The notes under the pieces are model-generated. The model was not told where the DNA came from. It did not search any database and was given only the letters and a program-made list of their open reading frames with translations. 64,000 nucleotides of DNA from Candidatus Latescibacterota bacterium (lineage in GTDB: Bacteria > Latescibacterota > UBA2968): the NCBI GenBank assembly GCA_965207885.1, contig OZ242311.1:2176001-2240000 (forward strand), in the 5' to 3' direction. Both the position numbers and the translations under genes were made by a program. Each line of letters begins with the position of its first letter. Position 1 is the stretch's first letter. Positions 19,441 through 28,765 of the stretch are shown here, piece after piece.

Positions 19441-20568
19441 ATGCGCGAATATTTAATTATTGATGGACATCTCGATATGGCGTTTAATGCACTGTTTTAT
19501 CGCCGGGATCTCACGCAGTCTGTATATGTGTTGCGCGAGCGCGAAGACAGTATGGTGGGGGGATTGTCAAACCATCCAGATTCGCTGGAGAAACGCCTGG
19601 GGCCACAGCCCAAACGGTTTACGCCAACTGTTTGTTTGCCCGAGATGCGAAAAGGGCGCGTGGGGATTATGCTTTCGACCATTATGTGTCGCGTGCAAAA
19701 TCCACAGGATAATACGCACAATGCGGTGCGCACACAGGATGTGGCTTATGCGAGAGGCCAATCTCATCTGGCGTATTATCGGGCGCTGGAACGGTGTGGC
19801 GAAATTCGGTTTATCAAGTCTGTTGCAGATCTCAATGCCTGTGTTTCTGACTGGGAGAACCCATCGGATGATACGCCCGTGGGGCTTATTTTGTCGATGG
19901 AAAGTGCCGATCCGATTCTGGGGCCCGATCAGGTGGGCGAATGGTATGAAGCGGGACTGCGCTCGGTGTCTTTGACTCATTTTGGCGCCAATACGTATGG
20001 GCATGGCACGGGTACGGTGGGTGGGCTATATCCACCGGCTTACGCGCTGATGGATGCGCTGGCTGAGACCGATATTGCGCTGGATTTGACGCATGCGGCA
20101 GACCTGACCTTCTGGCATATTCTCGATTATTGGAAGGGGCCAGTGCATGCCAGCCATTGCAATTGTCGCGCTTTGGTGCCGGGGCAGCGGCATTTGTCGG
20201 ACGATATGATCCGTGCGATTACGGACCGGGGCGGCGTAATCGGGATGGTTTTTGCCGAGCAGATGTTGTCTCCGGCATGGAATTGGGACGATCAGAGTAC
20301 GCATTATACCACGGCAACCCGACCAATGAAGGCAGTACTCGAACACATCGATCACATCTGCGAACTGACAGGTAGCACAGATCACGTGGCTTATGGCACA
20401 GATCTGGACGGTGGATTTGGTCTGGAGCTTTCGCCCACAGATTATCATACGATTGACGATTTGCAGCGGTTTCTAAATCTGATGCGCGATCACGGCTATG
20501 GAGAAGACGACGTGAAGGGGTTTGCGCATGGGAATTTGGTTCAATTTTTTAATACAGCCTGGGGATGA
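19441..20568 (+). CDS. Membrane dipeptidase (peptidase M19) family, paralogue 1
   Basis: IDGHLD, SMESAD, DLTH, ASHCN, GTDLDGG. Confidence 0.9.
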   Translation: MREYLIIDGHLDMAFNALFYRRDLTQSVYVLREREDSMVGGLSNHPDSLEKRLGPQPKRFTPTVCLPEMRKGRVGIMLSTIMCRVQNPQDNTHNAVRTQDVAYARGQSHLAYYRALERCGEIRFIKSVADLNACVSDWENPSDDTPVGLILSMESADPILGPDQVGEWYEAGLRSVSLTHFGANTYGHGTGTVGGLYPPAYALMDALAETDIALDLTHAADLTFWHILDYWKGPVHASHCNCRALVPGQRHLSDDMIRAITDRGGVIGMVFAEQMLSPAWNWDDQSTHYTTATRPMKAVLEHIDHICELTGSTDHVAYGTDLDGGFGLELSPTDYHTIDDLQRFLNLMRDHGYGEDDVKGFAHGNLVQFFNTAWG

Positions 20569-20569
20569 C

Positions 20570-21655
20570 ATGTCCGATCATACTTACTTTATTGTCGATA
20601 GCCACTTAGATCTTGCCTTTTGCGCCATTCAGGTCAATCGCGATCTCACGCAACCCGCGGCAACTGTGCGGGTACACGATTCGGAACTGACTACGCGCAG
20701 TTTTGGGTCGTGTACAACCACGTTTCCCGAGTTGCACAAGGGGCGTGTGGGGATTGTGTTTGGCACAGTGATGTCGCGTATTGATACCAATGATCGCTGG
20801 ACGCGCACGGGGATGTGGGATCAGACGCAGTGTTACGGTGTCGGGAGGGGGCATTACGCCTTTTATAAGGCAATGGAGCGACGGGGGATTATCCGACAGA
20901 TTCACACAGTTGAGGATCTGGACGCGTGCGTTGCGGCGTGGGCGCAGCCTTCGGCAGATACTCCTATCGGGTTGGTGCTGGCGATGGAAAGTGCCGATCC
21001 GATTCTGGATCCCGACCAGGTGTCCGAATGGCGCGATCTGGGCTTGAAAATGGTGAGTATTTCGCATTATGGCGTGAGTTCTTATTGCCACGGAACGGGG
21101 ACGGAAGGGGGATTGCTGGATCGGGGCAGGCCATTGCTGGACGCGCTCAAAGCCGCGGGGATTATTGTGGATTTGACACATACGACTGATCAGGCTTTCT
21201 GGGAAATTCTCGATTATTACGATGGGCCGGTGGCTGCAAGCCATCACAATTGTCGGGCATTGACGCCAGGGCAGAGGCAGTTGACAGATGATATGATCCG
21301 CGCGATTGTTGAACGCGGTGGGGTTATTGGCGCGGCTTTTGATGCGTGGATGCTCGATCCAGAGTGGAAGCGGGGCGTGCCGTGTTATGAGCAGACCACA
21401 AAGGCGACGCTTGATACAATAGTTGATCACATCGATCATGTGTGTCAGCTTGCTGGCAATGCGAATCATTCGGGTATTGGGACGGATCTGGATGGGGGGT
21501 ATGGCCAGGAACAGTCGCCGCGAGATTTAAATACAATTGCCGATTTGCAGAATCTGGTGCCCATTTTTGAACGGCGCGGATATTCAGAAGAGGATATTCA
21601 AAAGGTGTTGTCGGGAAATTGGGTGCGGTTGTTGAAGTCGGTGTGGGAAAGGTGA
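20570..21655 (+). CDS. Membrane dipeptidase (peptidase M19) family, paralogue 2
   Basis: VDSHLD, AMESAD, DLTH, ASHHN, GTDLDGG; ATG 1 nt after the paralogue 1 stop. Confidence 0.9.
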   Translation: MSDHTYFIVDSHLDLAFCAIQVNRDLTQPAATVRVHDSELTTRSFGSCTTTFPELHKGRVGIVFGTVMSRIDTNDRWTRTGMWDQTQCYGVGRGHYAFYKAMERRGIIRQIHTVEDLDACVAAWAQPSADTPIGLVLAMESADPILDPDQVSEWRDLGLKMVSISHYGVSSYCHGTGTEGGLLDRGRPLLDALKAAGIIVDLTHTTDQAFWEILDYYDGPVAASHHNCRALTPGQRQLTDDMIRAIVERGGVIGAAFDAWMLDPEWKRGVPCYEQTTKATLDTIVDHIDHVCQLAGNANHSGIGTDLDGGYGQEQSPRDLNTIADLQNLVPIFERRGYSEEDIQKVLSGNWVRLLKSVWER

Positions 21656-21667
21656 GAGGATACAAAT

Positions 21668-23125
21668 ATGTCAGAGCGACCAAATTTGCTGTTGATTACA
21701 ACAGATCAACAGCGTGGAGATTGCCTCGGGTGCGATGGGCATCCGGCACTGGAGACGCCGTATCTCGATGAATTGGCCGAGCGGGGGGCGCATTTCCCCC
21801 ACGCATATACATCGGTGCCGTCGTGTACGCCTGCACGCGCGGGGATTATCACGGGAATGGATCAATGGAATCACGGGCGGTTGACAATGACGGGAAGCCA
21901 TCCGCTGGAATATCCGGCGACATTGCCGGGGGAACTCGCAGCGGTGGGATATCACACGCAGGCTGTGGGTAAGATGCATCATGCCCCGCAGCGCAGGTTG
22001 TATGGCTTTCATCACATGGTGCTGGATGAAAGTGGACGGCGGGCGGGAAATTTCATCAGCGATTATCATCTGTTTTTTGATCAGCACAAGGAAGGTGCTT
22101 ACGGGTATCGGGATCACAGTATCGATTGGAATTCATGGATGGCGCGTCCCAGCCATTTGCCCGAGCATTTGCATCCGACGCACTGGACAGCGAGTGAGGG
22201 AATTAAATTTTTGCAGCAACGCGATCCGACCAAACCGTTTTTTATGTGGCTTTCATTTGCGCGTCCTCATTCGCCTTATGATGCGCCCCAGGCGTATTGG
22301 GATATGTATATCGACAATGACAATATCCCCAAAGCCGCTGTGGGAGACTGGGCTGCAGAGTTCGACAAAAAAATCGCAGATGTCAATGCACCGCGTTCGC
22401 ACCGTTCCGATGCGGAAACGCACAGGGGGCGGGCGGGATATTACGGCAATATCACGTTTATCGATCACCAGATTGGGCGCGTGCTATACGAGTTGCGCCA
22501 TCGGGACCCACAAGCATACAGTAATACCCTGATTATTTTTACATCTGATCACGGCGATATGATGGGCGACCACCACCACTGGCGGAAGACGTATGCATAC
22601 GAAGGGTCTGCGCGCATTCCATTTATTGTGAAGTATCCCGATACATGGCGGGATGTGGAGCGAGGGATGAAGTACGATCATCCGGTGGAGTTGCGCGATG
22701 TGATGCCCACATTGCTCGATGCTGCCGAGGTCGATATACCGGCGTCTGTAGATGGACGGTCTCTTCTGGATATTGCGCGGGGGGATGATGAAGGATGGCG
22801 TGCGTTTGTGCAGGGCGAGCATACGACGTGTTATACGAGAGAACACGGCATGCAATATGTGACCGATGGGCACGAGAAGTATATCTGGTTTCATCACACG
22901 GGAGAAGAGCAGTTTTTTAATCTGGATGACGATCCATTGGAATGCTGCGAGTTGTCCAAAGACCCGGCGTATGAAACGCGCATTGCGATGTGGCGCAGAC
23001 GATTGGCAGAGGTGAATGAAAATCGGGGCGATCCGAGGGGGCAAAATGGAGAACTCGTGCCGCAGCCCGATGGCGCGCTGAGCCTGTCGCCAAATTATCA
23101 GAAATGGAAAGAAGCCGCACAATAA
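21668..23125 (+). CDS. Sulfatase (Cys-type, choline/arylsulfatase-like)
   Basis: PNLLLITTDQ, CTPAR formylglycine motif, GKMH, SDHG. Confidence 0.92.
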   Translation: MSERPNLLLITTDQQRGDCLGCDGHPALETPYLDELAERGAHFPHAYTSVPSCTPARAGIITGMDQWNHGRLTMTGSHPLEYPATLPGELAAVGYHTQAVGKMHHAPQRRLYGFHHMVLDESGRRAGNFISDYHLFFDQHKEGAYGYRDHSIDWNSWMARPSHLPEHLHPTHWTASEGIKFLQQRDPTKPFFMWLSFARPHSPYDAPQAYWDMYIDNDNIPKAAVGDWAAEFDKKIADVNAPRSHRSDAETHRGRAGYYGNITFIDHQIGRVLYELRHRDPQAYSNTLIIFTSDHGDMMGDHHHWRKTYAYEGSARIPFIVKYPDTWRDVERGMKYDHPVELRDVMPTLLDAAEVDIPASVDGRSLLDIARGDDEGWRAFVQGEHTTCYTREHGMQYVTDGHEKYIWFHHTGEEQFFNLDDDPLECCELSKDPAYETRIAMWRRRLAEVNENRGDPRGQNGELVPQPDGALSLSPNYQKWKEAAQ

Positions 23126-23139
23126 AATGCGAGGATGCT

Positions 23140-23619
23140 ATGGCCCAAAAATACTGGCTTGTAAAGTGTGAGTACGATGTGTGCTCTTTTGAAGAATTGA
23201 GCAATCGGCCCAGTGGGATTGGGTACTGGCGAGGGGTGCGCAATTATCAGGCGCGCAATTTTATCCGCGACGAAATGCAAAAAGGCGATCAGGCACTTTT
23301 CTATCAGTCGAATTGTAAAAATCCCGGTGTTGCCGGTATTGCGAATATTGTGCGTGCGGGATATCCCGATCCATCGCAATTCGATGCCCGTCATCAGTAC
23401 TACGACGAGAAGGCCTTGAAAGAAGATCCGCGCTGGTTTTCTTTTGATGTGCAATGGTCAAAAGCATTTGAGCCGTATATTAGCCTACAAGACCTCAAGA
23501 ACAATCCTCTGCTCAAAGATATGAAGGTGGTTCAGCGCGGACAGCGGTTGTCAATTCTGCCGGTCACAAAGGAGGAGTTTGAGATTGTGTGCGAGATGGG
23601 GGGGCATCTGGCGAGATGA
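23140..23619 (+). CDS. EVE domain protein (THYN1-like)
   Basis: YWLVKCE, WRGVRNYQARNFIRDEMQKGD, RGQRLSILPVT. Confidence 0.9.
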   Translation: MAQKYWLVKCEYDVCSFEELSNRPSGIGYWRGVRNYQARNFIRDEMQKGDQALFYQSNCKNPGVAGIANIVRAGYPDPSQFDARHQYYDEKALKEDPRWFSFDVQWSKAFEPYISLQDLKNNPLLKDMKVVQRGQRLSILPVTKEEFEIVCEMGGHLAR

Positions 23620-23682
23620 GAAGGCCAAAGTATAGAAAATGAAATTCTTCAAAGACAGTTCGTTGCAGAGAAAAGGTACATA

Positions 23683-24276
23683 ATGCCGCGTAAAAACAGG
23701 GTTCTCAGCATTGGTGATATTGCCCCCTTATTTACCCTCCCTTCGCATCAACGACAAGACGTATCGCTCGTATCGTATCGAGGTAAAGAACATGTCATTC
23801 TGACGTTTTTTCGGGGAACCTGGTGAAAAAGAAGCCGTCGTCAGTTGGCGATAGTGCAAGAACATATAGATGTTTATACCGAACGCAATGCGACATCTAT
23901 CGCTATCGCAGCAGGACAGCAACTCTGTGAACTGCGCGAATACGCCGAATGGAGTGGTATCACCTATCCGCTTCTGGCGGACGAAGATCGAAGTGCCATC
24001 AAAAGTTATGGGGTCTATCACTGGTACGGCCTGGCGTTTGCTCACAATCTCATTTACAACATTTTGCGTCCAGCGGGATTTTTTATCGACAAACTCGGCT
24101 ATTCGTTATATAACTGGCTCGGTCTGCCAGATCACAGCCTCGTTCACAGTATTGCCCGTCCAGCGACGTTTATCATCGATAAACTCGGCATTATTAGATA
24201 TATGTATATTGGTTCAAATCAGTTTGATTTAGCCGAACAGGAAGAAATTCTCGAGCACTTGAAATTGCTACCATAA
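23683..24276 (+). CDS. AhpC/TSA peroxiredoxin-like protein, probable selenoprotein (UGA at codon 48)
   Basis: ATG 23683 gives MPRKNRVLSIGDIAPLFTLP...VILTFFRGTW*KRSRRQL, in frame with track ORF 23845-24276 (YPLLAD, RPATFIIDKLGIIRY). TGA 23824-23826 occupies the first Cys of the family WCPxC motif. Confidence 0.75.
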
Positions 24277-24400
24277 TTTAAATGAAAAAATAAATAAGAC
24301 TTGACAAAAAATTGGTGATGTTCAAATATTTTTATTGTAAAACCTAAACAGATGTTCCGCTGCCTGACCTCGATAATTTGGGTTAAAATGAGGTGATAGA

Positions 24401-25576
24401 GTGCAGATACCTTCTTCATATCAACCCGGGTATGAAAAAGCACTTCTGACCGATCCCGATCTCGCTAAAACGTACATTCAACACACGCTCATTGGCGATT
24501 CCGATGCCGATGCCCTGATCAATGGATTAGCCGGTATTGACGAGAAGCAACAGAGCGAATTTATCAGGGCTGGAATGGATCTGGATGAGGAAAAACTGCG
24601 TGATGCGCCTCAAGCATTACGGGCGTTTTTTGAGAAGGTCGGGACGCCGCCCGCGTGGTTTGATCCCGAGTCAGTATATCCCGGATGCCGTGGCTTCCAA
24701 GCCTATTCAGATCTGTTTCTTACCTCGTTTGTCGTGGATATTATTGTACAGGGTTTCACTACACTGATCAGCCAATCGTTTTTCACCACAGGAAGGCTGA
24801 CCGATCAGGGGGTGCGGCGGCTAAAGCAAAATATACTTCACCTCCTGGAAATTATGTTGCCGGGTGGCCTGGAGCGATATGGCGAGGGCTGGAAACTGTC
24901 TGTCCGTCTGCGGCTGGTGCATGCACAGGTCAGGCGGCATCTTCTCGCTTCTGAGGTGTGGGACCATGAAGCCCACGGCATGCCGATCAGTGCTGCCCAC
25001 ATCGCGCTCGCGTCCTGTAATTTCTCCGGGATGCTGTTGCGGTCAGCCACGCGAATTGGCGCACGTCTAAACGATGAAGAACGCGACAGTTTTATGCAGA
25101 TATGGCGCTATACCGCTCATCTGATGGGTGTGCCCGAGGCACTCTTGTTCAGCAATGAGACCGAAGCCTGTGAAACATACCGCGTGGGTTATATCTGCGA
25201 GCCGTTCCCCGGTCTGGAAGCTATTGCTATGGCAAACTCGGTGATTGCCTCGGCTCCTTACGTGATCGGTATTAAAGACGAGAAAGAGCGAGATAATCTA
25301 TCTGGTTTTGGGTACCGCCTTTCCCGAGCGTTGATTGGAGACGAACTCGCCGATCAACTCATGTTCCCCAAAAGTCGGACATCTGGGCCCGGGACACTGG
25401 TATATTTGCGGCTGAGGCGCAGAATTCAGGATATCCTCGATGTCCTGCTATGGTGGAGACCGGGTCATCGTACCCAAAGCTTCATGGCCTTGCTCGACGT
25501 ATCTACGCTCGGAGAACATAAAAACAGTTACCGATTACCCGACAAGCTACACGCAGACGAGGCGAAGCCGTGGTGA
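24401..25576 (+). CDS. Oxygenase of the MpaB'/DUF2236/Lcp (rubber oxygenase) family
   Basis: VRLRLVHAQVRRHL heme-ligand motif; W...HGMPIS; WRYTAHLMGVP; GTG start after GAGGTG. Confidence 0.82.
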   Translation: MQIPSSYQPGYEKALLTDPDLAKTYIQHTLIGDSDADALINGLAGIDEKQQSEFIRAGMDLDEEKLRDAPQALRAFFEKVGTPPAWFDPESVYPGCRGFQAYSDLFLTSFVVDIIVQGFTTLISQSFFTTGRLTDQGVRRLKQNILHLLEIMLPGGLERYGEGWKLSVRLRLVHAQVRRHLLASEVWDHEAHGMPISAAHIALASCNFSGMLLRSATRIGARLNDEERDSFMQIWRYTAHLMGVPEALLFSNETEACETYRVGYICEPFPGLEAIAMANSVIASAPYVIGIKDEKERDNLSGFGYRLSRALIGDELADQLMFPKSRTSGPGTLVYLRLRRRIQDILDVLLWWRPGHRTQSFMALLDVSTLGEHKNSYRLPDKLHADEAKPW

Positions 25577-25655
25577 GGTATGACGGTCTTTATCCACCAA
25601 TATATAAATGAGGAAATCATTCGCTTGGTGAACTCGTCGCCGCACTTAATCCGAA

Positions 25656-27959
25656 ATGGTCGAAGGAGTGTTTCTTTTGCGATTAGAACGCTACACCGCT
25701 GTCATTTTGCGCTATCGATGGTTGGTCGTTGCGCTCGCAACGCTGGTCATGCTGGCATTGACGGCAGGTGTTCGCTTCATTACTGTCACGAACGATTACC
25801 GCATTCTGTTTGGTGAAGACAATCCGCAACTCCTCGCTTTCGACGCTCTGGAGAACACGTATTCGGCCTCCAATACGGCACTGATTGCCATTGCGCCCCG
25901 AGATGGCTCGGTGTTCACCCGCGAGGCGCTTGGCGCGGTTGAAGAATTGACCGAAGCCGCGTGGCGTGCGCCTTATTCCAGTCGCGTCAATTCCCTTACC
26001 AATTATACCCATAGCGAAGCACTCGATGACGATTTGGTGGTCGCTCCGCTCGTTGACGATGCATCTTCTCTGAGCGATGCCGATGTGGTACGTATCGAGA
26101 AGATCGCGTTGGACGCAATCGAAATTGCCGGGCGTCTGGTGTCTCATGATAGGCGTACGGCCGGGGTGGCTATTAATTTTATCCTGCCCGAAAATCACGA
26201 TCAGGCAGTAATCGAAATTACCGATTATCTCAATTCGGTCCTGAGTCAAGCCCGCACGAGCCATCCGAATATCGATTATTACATGACCGGCGATGTCGTC
26301 ATGCATCAGACTTTTGCCGATGTAACGAAGAGCGACATGGAGACTCTGACACCTATTGTATTTCTCATCATTGTAGGTGCCACAATTATTCTCTTGCGTT
26401 CGATTCTCTGCACTTTGGCCATTGTCGCCGTGATCGTGTTTGTCATCAATACGACTATGGGATTCGCCGGCTGGAATGGCGTGGTGTTCAGCCCCACCAA
26501 TGCCGGCGTGCCGATTATTGTCATGGTGATCGCCATCGCGGATTCGATCCATGTTGTCACGAGTGTTTTATTGGGTATGAGGCGCGGCCTGGACAGAAAT
26601 GCGGCGATTGTCGAATCGATCCGCATCAATGCCTATCCGATATTTATTACCTCGGTCACGACGGCGATTGGATTCCTCAGCCTGAATGCCTCAGATTCAC
26701 CGCCTTTTCACATTTTGGGCAATTACGTGGCATTTGGCGTCTTGTGCGCGCTTGTGTACACTATGACGCTATTGCCGGCATTGCTTTCGATTCTGCCATT
26801 GCGCGCGTCTCTTGTGCAATCTCAGAGGACGGCCTTTTTCGACCGCTTTGCTGACTTTGTCATCGCTCGGCGCAATTTTTTGCTCTGGTTCGTCACTGCG
26901 GTTGTCGTCGTTTTGATACTCGGTGTCTCCCGCATTGAGTTGAGCGATAATATGGCGCAGTATTTTGATGATCGCTACGAGTTCCGGCGCGATACGGATT
27001 ATATTATTGATAATCTGACTGGTCTGGATAAGCTGGAATATTCGCTGAGTGCAGGGCGCGAAGGTGGTATTACTGATCCGGAGTATCTGCGCCAGGTCGA
27101 TGCTTTTGCCGAGTGGTACCGGGCGCAACCCGAAGTGACCCATGTCCAGGCATTTTCGGATATTATGAAACGTCTCAATAAAAATATGCACGGCGACGAT
27201 CCAGCTTTTTATCGCTTGCCCAAAGACCCGGACCTCGCGGCGCAGTACCTGTTGCTCTACGAGTTTTCGCTTCCGTTCGGTAGCGATCTCAACGACCGCA
27301 TAGATGTCGCCAAATCCGCTACGCGTCTGAGTGTCGTGACCAGGAATGCGTGGTCTCGAGATTTGCGTGAACTCGATAAGCGTGCGCAGGTGTGGCTCCA
27401 GGCCAATGCACCCGCTTTTGCACACGAAGCATCGGGTCTGAGCATTGTTTTTGCCCACCTTTCCCTGCGAAATATCAATAGTATGTTGCGCGGTACGATC
27501 ACTGCGATGGCACTCATTTCATTCATCCTGATCTGGATTTTCAAAAGTGTTCGGGTGGGTCTCCTCAGCTTGTTGCCCAATTTTATCCCCGCGATTATGA
27601 GTTTTGGCCTGTGGGGCTATCTCGTCGGCCATGTGGGGATTGCCTCTTCGGTGGTGATCGCCGTTGTTTTTGGAATTGTTGTGGATGATACGATTCATTT
27701 TCTGAGCAAATATCTGAAGGCCCGGCGCGATGGCCTTCCCGCACCCGAAGCTGTGCGCTATACCTTTAACACGGTGGGCCATGCATTATGGACGACGACC
27801 GCAGTGTTGTCAGTGGGCTTTCTGGTGTTCGCCACATCGGGATTTGAGGTGAGTTGGGCACTCGGTCTTTTGGTCACGGTTACGATTGTCTTTGCGCTTG
27901 TTGCCGACTTTCTACTTTTGCCAACTCTGCTGATTGCTATTGACCGGAGAAATTCATGA
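25656..27959 (+). CDS. MMPL/RND-family inner-membrane transporter
   Basis: Two TM repeats with IAIADSIH and GIVVDDTIHFL acidic pairs; TSVTTAIGFLSL. Confidence 0.9.
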   Translation: MVEGVFLLRLERYTAVILRYRWLVVALATLVMLALTAGVRFITVTNDYRILFGEDNPQLLAFDALENTYSASNTALIAIAPRDGSVFTREALGAVEELTEAAWRAPYSSRVNSLTNYTHSEALDDDLVVAPLVDDASSLSDADVVRIEKIALDAIEIAGRLVSHDRRTAGVAINFILPENHDQAVIEITDYLNSVLSQARTSHPNIDYYMTGDVVMHQTFADVTKSDMETLTPIVFLIIVGATIILLRSILCTLAIVAVIVFVINTTMGFAGWNGVVFSPTNAGVPIIVMVIAIADSIHVVTSVLLGMRRGLDRNAAIVESIRINAYPIFITSVTTAIGFLSLNASDSPPFHILGNYVAFGVLCALVYTMTLLPALLSILPLRASLVQSQRTAFFDRFADFVIARRNFLLWFVTAVVVVLILGVSRIELSDNMAQYFDDRYEFRRDTDYIIDNLTGLDKLEYSLSAGREGGITDPEYLRQVDAFAEWYRAQPEVTHVQAFSDIMKRLNKNMHGDDPAFYRLPKDPDLAAQYLLLYEFSLPFGSDLNDRIDVAKSATRLSVVTRNAWSRDLRELDKRAQVWLQANAPAFAHEASGLSIVFAHLSLRNINSMLRGTITAMALISFILIWIFKSVRVGLLSLLPNFIPAIMSFGLWGYLVGHVGIASSVVIAVVFGIVVDDTIHFLSKYLKARRDGLPAPEAVRYTFNTVGHALWTTTAVLSVGFLVFATSGFEVSWALGLLVTVTIVFALVADFLLLPTLLIAIDRRNS

Positions 27960-28765
27960 TACCAATACGACCAATACACCTATTTTTCGCGCTTTGTCCA
28001 ATTCTTTTGATTTATCTCGGTGTGCCAATACCCGCTCGTTCCGAAAGTGCAGAGGAAACCGGGTTGAAAATCGCTCAAGATTCCCAGGATCGCGAGAAGG
28101 GTTTTGGTAATTTTACGGCTCAGCAAACCATGGTGTTGCGCAACAAACACGGGCAAGAGAGCCGGCGCCAACTCCGGGTAAAGGTTCTCGAAGTCTCCGA
28201 AGATGGCGACAAAAGTCTGTTTGTGTTCGATGAACCGCGCGATGTCAAGGGAACGGCGTTGCTTATTCACGCTCATCGGGAAAGCGCGGACGACCAATGG
28301 CTTTATTTGCCCGCTCTGAAACGCGTCAAACGCATTAGTTCGTCCAACCAGTCCGGCTCTTTTATGGGGAGTGAATTTGCTTATGAGGACCTGACCCCTC
28401 AGGCTGTGGAGAAATTTACCTATCGTTACCTGCGCGACGAGGCATATGGCGATTTGACATGCACGGTTACAGAACGCTTTCCCGTGGATAAGAAATCGGG
28501 CTACAGCCGGCAGGTGGTCTGGCGCGATAAGGATGAGTTGCGCGTCTGGAAAGTAGAGTATTACGACCGCAAGGATGCCCATCTGAAGACACTCACTCTG
28601 GGGAATTATGCGCAGTATCTGGAGCGTTATTGGCGTGCTGGTGAGATGACGATGGTCAATCATTTAACCGGGAAAAGTACCGTTCTGACCTGGACGGATT
28701 TTGAGTTTCAGGCTGATCTCAACGATCGCGATTTCACACAAACTGGGCTGAAACGGGTGCGTTGA
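27956..28765 (+). CDS. Outer-membrane lipoprotein-sorting protein (LolA-like)
   Basis: FDEPRDVKGTALL, DDQWLYLPALKRVKRISS, SFMGSEFAYED; ATGA overlap with the MMPL gene. Confidence 0.88.
   Translation: MIPIRPIHLFFALCPILLIYLGVPIPARSESAEETGLKIAQDSQDREKGFGNFTAQQTMVLRNKHGQESRRQLRVKVLEVSEDGDKSLFVFDEPRDVKGTALLIHAHRESADDQWLYLPALKRVKRISSSNQSGSFMGSEFAYEDLTPQAVEKFTYRYLRDEAYGDLTCTVTERFPVDKKSGYSRQVVWRDKDELRVWKVEYYDRKDAHLKTLTLGNYAQYLERYWRAGEMTMVNHLTGKSTVLTWTDFEFQADLNDRDFTQTGLKRVR

Noticed and set aside
23617-23685. The EVE gene's TGA stop is in frame with the downstream selenoprotein ORF, with 21 open codons between them (possible read-through fusion)
   Set aside because: The EVE domain is complete at this stop, the downstream gene has its own RBS-like AAAAGG and ATG, and an open 21-codon in-frame spacer is common by chance.
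23845-24276. Track ORF of 143 aa starting at TTG
   Set aside because: It is the post-UGA part of the longer gene starting at 23683.
25580-25816. Track ORF of 78 aa between the oxygenase and MMPL genes
   Set aside because: Mostly overlaps the MMPL gene in another frame and has no features.
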